A stretch of 64,000 nt of DNA from Lutibacter sp. (GTDB lineage: Bacteria > Bacteroidota > Bacteroidia > Flavobacteriales > Flavobacteriaceae), in the NCBI RefSeq assembly GCF_013139515.1, contig NZ_WTAR01000020.1:988-64987 (forward strand), in the 5' to 3' direction. Each line of letters starts with the position of its first letter. Position 1 is the first letter of the stretch. Both the position numbers and the translations under genes were made by a program. Below are positions 38,693-49,621 of the stretch, piece by piece. The notes beneath the pieces were generated by a model, which was given only the letters and a program-made list of their open reading frames with translations, had not been told where the DNA came from and ran no database searches.

Positions 38693-38998
38693 TTAATTTG
38701 ATTTTTCAATATTTAGCAGAACAACATGTACCTTTGATGATGTTCTTTGTTTTTCATTAAATTCAGTAACTGCACTAAATAAATTATCTGCATTTTCTTT
38801 TTTAACGAAAGCATAAAATAGAATAGATTGGCTTTCGTTCATTTCACTAGCAAACCAATTGTCGCCAACAGATTCTTCTGTTCTATCTCTATACCCTTTT
38901 ACATTGGTATATGTAAAACATGGTATTGATGATTTTTTTAACAAAAATTTTATATCGTTCTCAAATGCTTCAATAGCTGTAATCATTAGTAATTTCAT
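38693..38998 (-). CDS. PII-like protein
   Basis: 101 aa, MKLLMIT...I..FTYTNVKGY pattern of PII-fold proteins found after Bacteroidota RND genes. Confidence 0.55.
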   Translation of the reverse strand: MKLLMITAIEAFENDIKFLLKKSSIPCFTYTNVKGYRDRTEESVGDNWFASEMNESQSILFYAFVKKENADNLFSAVTEFNEKQRTSSKVHVVLLNIEKSN

Positions 38999-39055
38999 AA
39001 GTTCTTTTTTAAGAAGTTAAAAGGTTGATGATTGAGATTAAACCTGAAATAACAA

Positions 39056-42000
39056 TTATTTTTCCCATTTCTTTTTTTCAGTCATATAATAAATCATTGG
39101 AACTACAATTAAAGTTAATAGTGTTGATACAATTGCACCAGCTACTAATGATATTGCTAACCCTTGAAAAATTGGATCAAAGAGTATAATTGAGGCCCCA
39201 ATAACTACTGCGCCTGTTGTTAATAAAATTGGTGTTGTTCTTACAGCACCAGCATCAATAATGGCTTGTTTTAATGGTATTCCATCATTTAAACGAATTT
39301 CAATAAAGTCAATTAATAAAACAGAATTCCTAACCATTACACCAGCTAAGGCAATCATTCCAATAAAAGAAGTTGCAGTAAAAAACGCATCAAATAACCA
39401 GTGGCCTAATACAATTCCAACTAGTGAAAGTGGTATTGCAAGCATCATTACCATGGGTGTTTTAAAGTTTTGGAACCAACCTACAATTAGCATATAAATA
39501 ATGATAATTACAATTATAAATGCCGCTCCTAAATCTCGAAAGACTTCAAGAGTAATTTGCCATTCTCCATCCCATTTTACAGCAAAATCGCTTTCATCTG
39601 AAGGTTGCTCCATATACAGTTCATTCAATTTATAACCTTTAGGCAATTTAATTTTTTGCAATTTTTCTTTCATACCTAAAATTGCATACACCGGACTTTC
39701 TAGTCCTCCAGCCATATCAGCAGTAATGTAAACTACTTGTTTTTGATCTTTTCTAAAAATAGTTTTTTGTAAAGTATCTTGTTTAATACTCACTAAATCA
39801 CTAATTGGAACCATATTACCTTGATTTCCTTTTATTTTAATATTCTGAATATCTTGTAAACTAGTTTTTTCCGCATCATTTAATGCTAAAACAATATCAA
39901 CTTGATCAAAAGAATTTTCATCGTATAAATAAGAGATTGGGTATTCTTTTAATAAATAGGTTAAATTCCCAACAACTTGTTGAGGTGCAATACCGTTTAG
40001 CATTGCTTTTTCTTTGTCAACTTCTAGTCTATATTCAATTTGAACATCTTCAACCATCCAGTCAATATCAACAACGTCAGTCGTGTTTTCTAATATTTCT
40101 TTAACTTGGTATGCAACTTTAATTTGTTCTTTATAATCTGGGCCATATACTTCAGCAACCAATGTTGATAATACTGGAGGTCCAGGTGGAACTTCAACTA
40201 ATTTTACATTTCCATTGTATTTTTTTGAAATTTTTTGAATTTCTGAACGCACTTTTTTAGCTACATCATGACTTTGTAATTCACGCTCAGCTTTTGGTAG
40301 TAAGTTAACTTGAATATCAGCCATATTACTTCCTCCACGAATATCGTAATGGCGAACCAATCCGTTAAATGTAATTGGAGCAGATGTACCAATATAATTT
40401 TGATAATCTACCACTTCAGGAACTGTAGATAAGTACTGAGCAATTTCTTTAGTAACAGCTGCAGTTCTTTCTAAAGTAGTTCCTTCGGGCATATCAATTA
40501 CCACTTGAAACTCATTTTTATTGTCAAAAGGAAGCATTTTTACTGCTACAGATTTAGTAAAGAACATAAGTACTGAACCAACTAATAAAACTCCTGTAAT
40601 ACTTAACATTACCCATCGGTTTTTTCTACTATCTAAAAGAGGTTGTTCTATTTTTTTGTAGATTTTGTATATCCAGCCAGATTCTAAACCTTCTTCTTCC
40701 TCGTTGTTTTTTTGCTTGTCTTTTTCTTGTAATAAATGATATCCTAAATAAGGTGTAACAGTTAAAGCAACAAATAATGAAAGTATCATAGCTATGGATG
40801 CTCCAATTGGCATTGGACTCATATATGGTCCCATCATTCCAGATACAAAAGCCATAGGTAAAATTGCAGCGATAACAGTAAATGTTGCTAAAATAGTTGG
40901 GTTTCCAACTTCGTTTATTGCGTAAATAGCCGCTTGTTTAAACGGTAAACGTTTCATTTTAAAATGCCTATGCATATTTTCAGCAATAATAATACTGTCA
41001 TCTACTACAATACCAACCACAAAAACTAATGCGAATAATGTAATTCTGTTTAACGTATAACCTAATAAATAATAGCTAAATAATGTCAATGCAAACGTTA
41101 ATGGAACAGAGAAAAACACGACCAATCCACCACGCCAACCCATAGCTAACATCACTAAAATTGTTACGGCTAAAATAGCAACACCTAAATGCAATAATAA
41201 TTCACCAACTTTATGAGATGCAGTTTCACCATAATTCCTAGTAACTTCTACTTTAACATCTGAAGGAATTAAATTTTGCTTTAATTGCTCAACCTTTGTT
41301 AAAATTTTCTCTGAAATTTTCATAGCATCAGCACCTTTTACTTTTGCTACTGAAAGTGTTACAGCTGAATATTCACTTGGGTTTTTTGAAAATTTTTCAT
41401 TATCTTTTCCATAACCAAAAGATACATAACTAGAAGGTGTTGAAGGGCCATCTTGTATTTCAGCAACCTGTTTTAAATATACCGGCATATTTTTATGAAC
41501 GCCTACTACTAAATTGTTTACATCATCAGCCGATGTTAAAAATTTTCCAGTTGTAATTAAATATTCTTGGTCGCCTTTAACAAAACTTCCAGATTGAGAA
41601 CTGCTATTATTGACTTGTATTAGTTGCATAATACCAAGTGCATCTACACCATTTTCAGCCATTTTATCTTTATCTAAAACAATTTTTAGTTGACGGTTTC
41701 TACCACCAATTACTTTAGTAATAGATACATCTTTAACTTTTTCTATTTCAGAAGTAACTTCTTCTGCAATTTGACGAATTTGGAAATCATCATAATTTTC
41801 ACTCCAAAAAGTAAGTCCAAGCATTGGAACGTCATCAATAGAACGTGTTTTTATTAAAGGTTGCGTAACACCTGGAGGAAACATTCCTTGATGTCTCATT
41901 AATTCATCGTATAATTTCACATATGAATCTTCGGTATTTTCACCAACATAAAACTGAACAATCATCATAGATTGACCACTCATAGCAATACTGTGAACGT

Positions 42001-42250
42001 GCTGAACACCTTTAATATTAGAAATAATTTTCTCTAATGGTTTTACAACTCTACTTTCAATTTCTGTTGGACTAGCTCCCGGATAACCAACTAAAACATC
42101 GGCCATTGGAACAATAATTTGTGGTTCTTCTTCTCTTGGAATTAAAAATGAACTATAAATACCAATCGCCATCAATGCAACCATTAATAGAATGGTTAAC
42201 TTAGAATTGATAAAAATATTGGCAACTTTACCTGATATACCTTCTTGCAT
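39056..42250 (-). CDS. RND efflux permease (AcrB/CusA family)
   Basis: 1064 aa, 12 TM, VVDDSIIIAEN, VRTTPILLT, GVMVRNSVLLIDF. Confidence 0.95.
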   Translation of the reverse strand: MQEGISGKVANIFINSKLTILLMVALMAIGIYSSFLIPREEEPQIIVPMADVLVGYPGASPTEIESRVVKPLEKIISNIKGVQHVHSIAMSGQSMMIVQFYVGENTEDSYVKLYDELMRHQGMFPPGVTQPLIKTRSIDDVPMLGLTFWSENYDDFQIRQIAEEVTSEIEKVKDVSITKVIGGRNRQLKIVLDKDKMAENGVDALGIMQLIQVNNSSSQSGSFVKGDQEYLITTGKFLTSADDVNNLVVGVHKNMPVYLKQVAEIQDGPSTPSSYVSFGYGKDNEKFSKNPSEYSAVTLSVAKVKGADAMKISEKILTKVEQLKQNLIPSDVKVEVTRNYGETASHKVGELLLHLGVAILAVTILVMLAMGWRGGLVVFFSVPLTFALTLFSYYLLGYTLNRITLFALVFVVGIVVDDSIIIAENMHRHFKMKRLPFKQAAIYAINEVGNPTILATFTVIAAILPMAFVSGMMGPYMSPMPIGASIAMILSLFVALTVTPYLGYHLLQEKDKQKNNEEEEGLESGWIYKIYKKIEQPLLDSRKNRWVMLSITGVLLVGSVLMFFTKSVAVKMLPFDNKNEFQVVIDMPEGTTLERTAAVTKEIAQYLSTVPEVVDYQNYIGTSAPITFNGLVRHYDIRGGSNMADIQVNLLPKAERELQSHDVAKKVRSEIQKISKKYNGNVKLVEVPPGPPVLSTLVAEVYGPDYKEQIKVAYQVKEILENTTDVVDIDWMVEDVQIEYRLEVDKEKAMLNGIAPQQVVGNLTYLLKEYPISYLYDENSFDQVDIVLALNDAEKTSLQDIQNIKIKGNQGNMVPISDLVSIKQDTLQKTIFRKDQKQVVYITADMAGGLESPVYAILGMKEKLQKIKLPKGYKLNELYMEQPSDESDFAVKWDGEWQITLEVFRDLGAAFIIVIIIIYMLIVGWFQNFKTPMVMMLAIPLSLVGIVLGHWLFDAFFTATSFIGMIALAGVMVRNSVLLIDFIEIRLNDGIPLKQAIIDAGAVRTTPILLTTGAVVIGASIILFDPIFQGLAISLVAGAIVSTLLTLIVVPMIYYMTEKKKWEK

Positions 42251-42277
42251 ACTATTAGTTTTTAAGGGTGCTAAAAA

Positions 42278-43357
42278 TTAGTGTTGAATACTAATTTTTG
42301 CTCCGTTATACAATTTTCCGTCAGCTGAAACAATGTATTGTTCGTTAGCTGATAAACCAGATAAAACTTCTACTTGATTATCAAAAGTTTTTCCAACTCT
42401 TAGCCATCTTAAAATGGCAACATTTTCATTTCCAATAGTGTAAACTCCAGTTAACTGCCCTTGTGTAATTAAAGCACTTTGAGGTACTAAAACCACATTT
42501 GATTTAGCTTTAATATCTTTTTCAATAGGAAATTGAACTGAAGTAAACATTCCTGAAAGTAATTTAACATCCGTTTTATTTAATACTACTTTTACTAAAT
42601 ATTGACCGCCAGTATTTTTAGCTGAAGAACTAACTTCAGTCACTTTACCTGTAACTAATTGATTGGTTGATTTCACAGTTACACTTACATTAGTACCTTT
42701 TTTTATGGAAGTAATTTCAGATTCAGGAATCATTGATATAATTTGATATTTACCAGGAGTTTCTATACTAATTAAAGGCATTCCTGGATTAGCCATATCG
42801 CCTTTATTTACAAACTTACCAGTAATAACACCACTAAATGGTGCTTTAATATTTGAATAAGATAATTGTGCATTAACTTGATTTTTCATTTGATTAGCAG
42901 CTTCTAAGCGAGCTTTAGACATTTCATAATTTGCTGAAATATCATCCATTTCTTTTTGGGATGCGCTATTTTCTTTAAACAAAGCAGTAAAACGATTGTA
43001 ATCTTTTTCTGCGTTTTTAAATGCAGCAGTTGCTTCAGTAATTGAAGCTTCAACTTGTGCTTTTTGTGCTGAGATATCTGTACTATTAATACTTAACAAT
43101 AATTGTCCTTTAGAAACTTTATCACCAACATTTACGTGAATGTTGTTTACAAACCCCATCATACGAGTACTTATGTTTGCGCTTTGTACAGCTTCTATTT
43201 TTCCACTTGCTGAAATAAAAGAGTTACTCTCAGATGAAGGCGTATTAACTTTTACATTTACTGTAGTTCTAGTATCAGTTACCTTAGTTTTTTCTTTTCC
43301 GCAACTTGTTGTAAAAATTAGAGTTGCAATTGCTATAATTGTTAGTATATTTTTCAT
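42278..43357 (-). CDS. RND periplasmic adaptor (MFP) lipoprotein
   Basis: Lipobox TTSC, lipoyl/barrel-sandwich VNVGDKVSKGQLL, IKAPFSGVI, coiled hairpin. Confidence 0.92.
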   Translation of the reverse strand: MKNILTIIAIATLIFTTSCGKEKTKVTDTRTTVNVKVNTPSSESNSFISASGKIEAVQSANISTRMMGFVNNIHVNVGDKVSKGQLLLSINSTDISAQKAQVEASITEATAAFKNAEKDYNRFTALFKENSASQKEMDDISANYEMSKARLEAANQMKNQVNAQLSYSNIKAPFSGVITGKFVNKGDMANPGMPLISIETPGKYQIISMIPESEITSIKKGTNVSVTVKSTNQLVTGKVTEVSSSAKNTGGQYLVKVVLNKTDVKLLSGMFTSVQFPIEKDIKAKSNVVLVPQSALITQGQLTGVYTIGNENVAILRWLRVGKTFDNQVEVLSGLSANEQYIVSADGKLYNGAKISIQH

Positions 43358-43411
43358 TTTTTTGGTTATTTAAAACTTATATTTTTATTAGTTAGTGTCT
43401 GCTTTTTGAAT

Positions 43412-44722
43412 TTATTTACTTAAAAATTCTACGTACGCTTTTGTAAAATTGTAGCTAAAAACTGTTTGTAAATTTTCTAATTGTTTTTGTAAATACGTAG
43501 TCTCAGAAATTAATAAATCTGATGTTTTTTCTAAACCTTGCTCAAATCTGTTGGTTCTAATTCTTAAAGCTTCTTTAGATTGTTCCATAGCTAAATTTGT
43601 AAGCTTTAATTTGTTTTCGGCATCTTTTAAGTCTCTTTTAGCTTTGATAAATTCTAACTGACTTTGGTTTTTATATTGATCTAAACTTAATTCTGCTTTA
43701 TCTAATTCTGCTTTACTTTTTTGAGTTTTACCTTCACGTTTAAAACCATCAAACACATTCCAAGATAGTTGCGCACCAACTAAATATCCTTTTGCTTCGG
43801 TTCCAAATAATTTATCATCATATAATTCATAACTTCCAAAAGCATTTAACCTAGGTAAATAACTTAATTTATTGGCTTTATGCATGTTTGTGTAGGCTTC
43901 AGTACTTTTTTCCATAGCTTCAATATCAGCTCTGTTAGTTGAAAGTTGTTCGCTATAAATATCTAAGTTTAAGGTTGCCTCTAATTGTGTTGATGGTTTT
44001 AATGTAGTGTTGGTATTTTTACCCATTAAAAATTGTAAATAATCAGAAGTATTTTTAACATTACTCTTTGTTGTAAGTAATTGATTTTCTACTTCGGTTA
44101 CATGAACTTCAACTGAAAGTAAATCTGCTTTTTGCATATATCCTTGCTTGAAGTTGTTATTAGCAATTTTTTTGTTTTCAAGCGCAGCTTCTTTTGCTTT
44201 TTCTAATACTTCAACAGCTTTGTAAGCAACTTGTAATTGCATATATGCTTTAGTAACTTCTAATTTTATGTAATCTTTTGTTCTTAGTGATTGTAATTCA
44301 ACAGCATTCATTTTAGCTTTTGCAGCTTTTCTCATGTACAAACCATCTGCATTGAAAATAGGTTGTTGGACTTCAATTTTAGTTGCAAAATTTTTAATTT
44401 CATTTGGATCATTTAACAATGCGGGATTAAAATCGGCTGGTGTTAAAATTTCCTGATTTAATTTAGAACCAAAAGCCATTAACGGGTTTGTAGTTGTTAT
44501 TGCTGTATGTGAAACAGAAATATTTGGTAGTAAAACTGCATTTGTTTGATTGTAATCTGCTTTTGCAACAGTAAAATCTTGTTCTGAAATTTTAATTGTA
44601 TGATTGTTTTTTTTAACATTATTTAGCACTTCATCAAAAGAAATAAGTTGTTCTTGTTGAGCGTTGCTAATAAAGATGGTAAAAGTGAAAAGTAACAATA
44701 AAATATTATTCTTAATTCGCAT
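43412..44722 (-). CDS. TolC family outer-membrane efflux protein
   Basis: Signal peptide, LLPNIS/YLPRLNA repeats, RFEQGL, operon with MFP and RND. Confidence 0.9.
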   Translation of the reverse strand: MRIKNNILLLLFTFTIFISNAQQEQLISFDEVLNNVKKNNHTIKISEQDFTVAKADYNQTNAVLLPNISVSHTAITTTNPLMAFGSKLNQEILTPADFNPALLNDPNEIKNFATKIEVQQPIFNADGLYMRKAAKAKMNAVELQSLRTKDYIKLEVTKAYMQLQVAYKAVEVLEKAKEAALENKKIANNNFKQGYMQKADLLSVEVHVTEVENQLLTTKSNVKNTSDYLQFLMGKNTNTTLKPSTQLEATLNLDIYSEQLSTNRADIEAMEKSTEAYTNMHKANKLSYLPRLNAFGSYELYDDKLFGTEAKGYLVGAQLSWNVFDGFKREGKTQKSKAELDKAELSLDQYKNQSQLEFIKAKRDLKDAENKLKLTNLAMEQSKEALRIRTNRFEQGLEKTSDLLISETTYLQKQLENLQTVFSYNFTKAYVEFLSK

Positions 44723-44795
44723 AGTTTTTGTTTTTTAGTACAGGACAAAAGTAATTGAGGTTTTAGTCTTATAGAGTAATAAATAACACATACTT

Positions 44796-44813
44796 GTGTA
44801 ACATTTATAACAC
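44796..44813. promoter_or_regulatory. Possible operator upstream of the tolC-RND operon
   Basis: GTGTAAC-attt-ATAACAC imperfect palindrome; ATAACAC also at 44783-44789; -7 element TACTTTTG at 44746-44753 (minus). Confidence 0.35.
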
Positions 44814-44908
44814 GATGTTCTACATAAAAACTTTTAGAGTTGTTTTTATGTTAAGTTTCAACAATTTTCACCAGCTATATTTGAGGTGGTGTGATGAAAA
44901 TAAGGTTC

Positions 44909-45676
44909 TTATTTTTTTCGAACCTTCATATTTAAAGCTTCTACACCTAGTGAAAAAGCGATAGCAAAATATAAATAACCCTTTGGTATTGCACCTACAT
45001 GTTGATGAAATATCTCAGCATTTGATAAGTGTGCGCCTTCTGTAACTAGCATAAAACCTATTAATATTAAGAAAGATAAAGCTAACATTTGTATGGTTGG
45101 GTGTTCATTTACAAATTTACCTACTGGAGTGGCAAAAATCATCATAATAATCATAGAAACAATTACAGCAGTTATCATAATTATTAAAGCGCCTTCAATA
45201 CCATTAGTCATTCCAACTGCTGTTAAAACAGAATCAAATGAGAACACAATATCAATCATTACAATTTGAAAAATAACCATTCCTAAAGTTGATACAGTTT
45301 TTGATTTTTTAGAAGCTCCATCAGCTGTAATTCCTTCAACTTTGTGGTGAATTTCACTAGTACTTTTATACAATAAAAAGATTCCTCCTAAAATTAAAAT
45401 TACACTTTGCCCAGTTATACCTGCTTTAAACCAAGATAAGTTAATTGTATAAAAAGGGTCTTTCATTGAAATTAAATAAGAAACACCAAATAATAGTATA
45501 ATTCTAAATACCAATGCTAGAAGTAATCCTATTCTTGTTGCTTTTTTTCTCTGATTCTCAGGAAGTTTACCTGCAGTAATTGAAATAAAGATGATATTGT
45601 CAATACCTAAAATAATTTCTAAAAAGGTAAGTGTTAATAATGCCACCCAAGTATCTGCTTGTAAAAATAGTTCCAT
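44909..45676 (-). CDS. TerC family membrane protein
   Basis: LEIILGIDNIIFI, DIVFSFDSVLTAVG, KGYLYFAIAFS. Confidence 0.92.
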   Translation of the reverse strand: MELFLQADTWVALLTLTFLEIILGIDNIIFISITAGKLPENQRKKATRIGLLLALVFRIILLFGVSYLISMKDPFYTINLSWFKAGITGQSVILILGGIFLLYKSTSEIHHKVEGITADGASKKSKTVSTLGMVIFQIVMIDIVFSFDSVLTAVGMTNGIEGALIIMITAVIVSMIIMMIFATPVGKFVNEHPTIQMLALSFLILIGFMLVTEGAHLSNAEIFHQHVGAIPKGYLYFAIAFSLGVEALNMKVRKK

Positions 45677-45684
45677 AGCTTAAT

Positions 45685-46050
45685 TTATTTTTTATAAATA
45701 GTTCCTTTTTGTTTAAAATTTGAATGTCCAATTACAGCTTCAAACTCATAAGAATCTTTTTTAATGTTCGTTATTTTAACATAAATAGGATCTTCATCAA
45801 TTGCTGTTTTTGGATGGAGCATTTTAAGTGTGTAATTAAAATTGTTTTTCCAAGTAATTGAAAGTGAGTCTATTCTATCTTCGTATTTTTCAATTTGAAG
45901 TGAGTCTTGTCTAATAATAATCGTTTTTTCGTATCCTTTTCCTTCTGGTATTTCAAAAGTTCCAATTTTAAATCGGTCTTGGTTTAATTCATCACTTTTA
46001 CATGAGAAAAGGGCTATAAAAACGAATATTATTAGTGCATTTTTCTTCAT
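45685..46050 (-). CDS. Conserved small flavobacterial lipoprotein
   Basis: Lipobox LFSC; RFKIGTF...RQDSLQIE pattern. Confidence 0.7.
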   Translation of the reverse strand: MKKNALIIFVFIALFSCKSDELNQDRFKIGTFEIPEGKGYEKTIIIRQDSLQIEKYEDRIDSLSITWKNNFNYTLKMLHPKTAIDEDPIYVKITNIKKDSYEFEAVIGHSNFKQKGTIYKK

Positions 46051-47393
46051 TAGATTCCGGTATAATTACTTGGTGTTATTGCTTTTAATTCAGCTTTAAT
46101 TTCATTAGAAACTTCTAAACTTTCAATAAAATCGGCCATCGATTTCTGCGTAATTTTTTCGTTAGTTCTTGTCAATCCTTTCAGCGCTTCATACGGATTA
46201 GGGTATGCTTCTCTACGCAATATAGTTTGAATAGCTTCAGCAACAACTGCCCAATTATTTTCTAAATCCTCAGCAAACTTTTCTTTGTTGATTAATAATT
46301 TATTCAATCCTTTTAACGTAGAGCTAAAGGCAATAATTGTGTGTCCAAACGGAACACCAACATTTCTTAGCACTGTTGAATCTGTTAAATCACGTTGTAA
46401 ACGTGAAATAGGAAGTTTAGCAGATAAATGCTCGAAAATTGCATTTGCCATCCCTAAATTCCCTTCAGAATTTTCAAAGTCAATAGGATTTACTTTGTGT
46501 GGCATTGCAGAAGAGCCAACTTCACCAGCTTTAATTTTTTGTTTAAAATAATCCATAGAAACATAGGTCCACATATCTCTATCAAAGTCAATTAAAATAG
46601 TATTGATACGTTTTAACCCATCAAAAATACCGGCAATATGATCGTAATGTTCTATTTGAGTTGTTGGAAAAGAGTGATGTAAACCTAATACTTTTTCAAC
46701 AAAATGTGTTCCAAAGGCTTTCCAATCAATACTAGGGTAAGCAACTTTGTGCGCATTAAAATTTCCTGTTGCACCACCAAATTTTGCTGCGTAGGGAACA
46801 TTTTGTAATTGTTTAATTTGTTGTTCAATACGTTCAATAAAAACCAATATTTCCTTTCCTAATCTAGTTGGAGATGCTGGCTGACCGTGTGTTCTAGCCA
46901 ACATTGGTACATCTGACCAAGCGATTGCTAGTTGTCTTAATTTTTCTAAAAGTGTTGCTAATTCAGGATAATAAACAATATCAAAAGCATCGTTTATAGA
47001 AAGTGGTGTTGCAGTATTATTGATGTCTTGTGAAGTCAATCCAAAGTGGATAAACTCTTTATATTCTTGAAGTTTAAGAATGTCAAATTTTTCTTTAATA
47101 AAATATTCAACAGCTTTTACATCGTGATTTGTAATAGCTTCAATGTCTTTAATTTTTTGTGCATCACTAGAAGAAAAATTTCTGTAAATACTTCTTAATT
47201 CATCAAAAAGCGCGTTGTCAAAATTTGTTAATTGAGGAAGAGGAATTTCGCATAAAGCAATAAAGTATTCAATTTCAACTTTTACTCTATATTTAATTAA
47301 GGCTTCTTCTGAAAAAAATGGTGCTAAACTTTCTACTTTGTTTCTGTATCTACCATCAATTGGAGATATTGCATTTAAAATTGTTAAAGACAT
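46050..47393 (-). CDS. purB: Adenylosuccinate lyase
   Basis: SPIDGRY, TNHDVKAVEY, ARTHGQPA, GSSAMPHKVNPIDFENSEGN signature. Confidence 0.97.
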   Translation of the reverse strand: MSLTILNAISPIDGRYRNKVESLAPFFSEEALIKYRVKVEIEYFIALCEIPLPQLTNFDNALFDELRSIYRNFSSSDAQKIKDIEAITNHDVKAVEYFIKEKFDILKLQEYKEFIHFGLTSQDINNTATPLSINDAFDIVYYPELATLLEKLRQLAIAWSDVPMLARTHGQPASPTRLGKEILVFIERIEQQIKQLQNVPYAAKFGGATGNFNAHKVAYPSIDWKAFGTHFVEKVLGLHHSFPTTQIEHYDHIAGIFDGLKRINTILIDFDRDMWTYVSMDYFKQKIKAGEVGSSAMPHKVNPIDFENSEGNLGMANAIFEHLSAKLPISRLQRDLTDSTVLRNVGVPFGHTIIAFSSTLKGLNKLLINKEKFAEDLENNWAVVAEAIQTILRREAYPNPYEALKGLTRTNEKITQKSMADFIESLEVSNEIKAELKAITPSNYTGI

Positions 47394-47441
47394 TATTTTA
47401 GTTTGAGTTGTTTTGCAAAAATAACTAAATTAACGTGAAAA

Positions 47442-48017
47442 TTAGATTTTTTTCTTGTTTATCCAACTTAAAATTTTCTTTCCACGAGCTTGGTATGCAG
47501 CACTTTCATTTATCATATTTTGCTGAATAATTAATTGCAATTCTTTGTGTACCCATTTTTCTTTTTTACCAAAAAGGAATAGCATTTCCATTGTATAAGC
47601 TTTGACTGCAACTTTTTGTTTGCCTATTAACCAATCAAAACCAGTTTCAATAATTTTTTCAATATGTATTGAATTGATTTCAGATTTAATAATTGAATTA
47701 TTTTTTGAAGTATAATCTTTTGCTAAAAATTCGCAAATTTTTGACATAGGTCGTACAGCACTATCAAATTTCACGTTGCTAATATTCTCAGTAAAATAAT
47801 TTAGATGAGGCGCTAACCAGTTTAATTTTTCAGCACAAACAAACTCTAAAACCCAAGCTGCTTTTATAGATAGTTTGTTATCAAACTCAAAAACAATTTC
47901 AAGTAAATATTTAAAGAGTTCTTTATTTTCTATTACTAAATTAGCGACTCTTAAACGGTTTTCACGCTTTGCATTTTTAATATTTTCAAGCTGTTGTATT
48001 AAAAAGGGTTTATTCAT
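47442..48017 (-). CDS. Conserved helical-repeat (HEAT/ARM-like) protein upstream of purB
   Basis: KAAWVLEF, KVAVKAY..E.L motifs; likely start MNKPFL at 48017. Confidence 0.65.
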   Translation of the reverse strand: MNKPFLIQQLENIKNAKRENRLRVANLVIENKELFKYLLEIVFEFDNKLSIKAAWVLEFVCAEKLNWLAPHLNYFTENISNVKFDSAVRPMSKICEFLAKDYTSKNNSIIKSEINSIHIEKIIETGFDWLIGKQKVAVKAYTMEMLFLFGKKEKWVHKELQLIIQQNMINESAAYQARGKKILSWINKKKI

Positions 48018-48193
48018 CTTTCTGTTTATCCTTTTTTTTTGGTGACAATTTATACAATATATACGCAAAACCTACTATTACATGTAATAGTACAATAGCC
48101 ATAATTGTGTAAAGCCAAAAATTTGAAATCATCATAAATAGTGTTTAATTATATGAAAAGAATAGTATCTTTATTTTTTAAAATTAATAAATA

Positions 48194-49180
48194 ATGAGGA
48201 CATCAATTGTAATACTACTAACTTTAATTCTAAATTTTGAGGGAATTTCTCAACAAGTATATTCTAAAAAGGAACCATTTGCACATACATACTCAATAGT
48301 TGCAAGAGATACCGTAACGGGTGAGATGGGTGTCGCTGTTCAATCTCATTGGTTTTCTGTTGGTAGTTTAGTTGCTTGGGGAAAAGCAGGTGTTGGAGTT
48401 GTTGCAACGCAATCGTTTATAAATCCTTCATTTGGACCAAGAGGGTTAAGTTTATTGGAAAATGGTTTAACACCAAAATTAGCTGTAGAAACGTTACTAG
48501 AATTGGATGAAGGCAGAGATGTTCGTCAATTAGCAATTTTAGATGTACATGGGAATGTAAATGCTTATACAGGTGAAAAATGTATTGAAGCTGCAGGTCA
48601 TCTTATGGGTGATAATTTTTCTGTACAAGCTAATTTAATGGAAAAGAATACGGTTTGGCCTGCAATGGCTAAAGCGTTTAAAACTGCTGAAGGAAGTTTA
48701 GCAGAACGAATGCTTATAGCTATGGAAGCCGCACAAAATGAAGGAGGCGATATGAGAGGTAAACAATCTGTTGCTATTTTAGTAGTTAAAGGGAAAAGTA
48801 CGGGGAATGATTGGGAAGACAAAGTTGTTGATTTACGTGTTGAAGACAGTGAAAATCCTTTAAAGGAAATGCGAAGATTATTAACAATTCATAAAGCGTA
48901 TGAATTTATGAATAAAGGCGATTTAGCTGTTGAACATAACAATTTTAAATTGGCAAAAGAACATTATAAGAATGCTCAAAAAATAAATCCAGATAATTTA
49001 GAAATGAAATACTGGTATGCCGTAACTTTGGCAAATAATGAAGAGCTAGTTGAAGCTAAACAAATTTTTAAAAAAATATTTAAACAAAATAAGAAATGGA
49101 AAGAGTTAACTCCAAGATTAGTGAAAGCAAAGTTATTGATCGTAAATGAGTTTCAATTGCAAGAACTATTAAAATTATAA
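48194..49180 (+). CDS. DUF1028 (Ntn-hydrolase-like) protein with C-terminal TPR
   Basis: HTYSIVARD...GVAVQS, VATQS, GGDMRGKQS, DLRVED; TPR-like tail. Confidence 0.85.
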   Translation: MRTSIVILLTLILNFEGISQQVYSKKEPFAHTYSIVARDTVTGEMGVAVQSHWFSVGSLVAWGKAGVGVVATQSFINPSFGPRGLSLLENGLTPKLAVETLLELDEGRDVRQLAILDVHGNVNAYTGEKCIEAAGHLMGDNFSVQANLMEKNTVWPAMAKAFKTAEGSLAERMLIAMEAAQNEGGDMRGKQSVAILVVKGKSTGNDWEDKVVDLRVEDSENPLKEMRRLLTIHKAYEFMNKGDLAVEHNNFKLAKEHYKNAQKINPDNLEMKYWYAVTLANNEELVEAKQIFKKIFKQNKKWKELTPRLVKAKLLIVNEFQLQELLKL

Positions 49181-49183
49181 GAA

Positions 49184-49621
49184 ATGAAGAAAATACTGTT
49201 AGGGGTTTTAGTTGGACTAATTTTAATACAATTTATTCGCCCAGAAAAAAATAGTTCAAAAGACTTTGCAAATGATATTTCAACGATAATAAATGTTCCT
49301 GAAGAAGTACAACAAATTATTAAAACTTCATGTGCAGATTGTCATTCAAACAATACAAAATACCCTTGGTATAGTGAAATTGCACCGGTATCTTGGTATT
49401 TAGCTCAACATGTAAATGAAGGTAAAGAGCATTTAAATTTTTCTGAATGGGCAGCTTATAATAAAGATCAAAAAAGCCATATTTTAAAAGATTTAGAAGA
49501 AGAAATTGAGGAACATAAAATGCCTTTAAAAAGTTACTTAATACTTCATAAAGAAGCTGAGTTGACAAAAAATCAGTATGAAACAATATTAAATTGGGTA
49601 AAAACAATTCCTTCAGAATAA
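49184..49621 (+). CDS. Heme-binding domain protein (Haem_bd)
   Basis: SCADCHS, PWYSEIAPVSW, HLNFSEW, KMP. Confidence 0.88.
   Translation: MKKILLGVLVGLILIQFIRPEKNSSKDFANDISTIINVPEEVQQIIKTSCADCHSNNTKYPWYSEIAPVSWYLAQHVNEGKEHLNFSEWAAYNKDQKSHILKDLEEEIEEHKMPLKSYLILHKEAELTKNQYETILNWVKTIPSE

Noticed and set aside
45685-48017. Treating purB neighbours as topoisomerase or second adenylosuccinate lyase
   Set aside because: Neither has the catalytic motifs; one is a small lipoprotein and the other a helical-repeat protein
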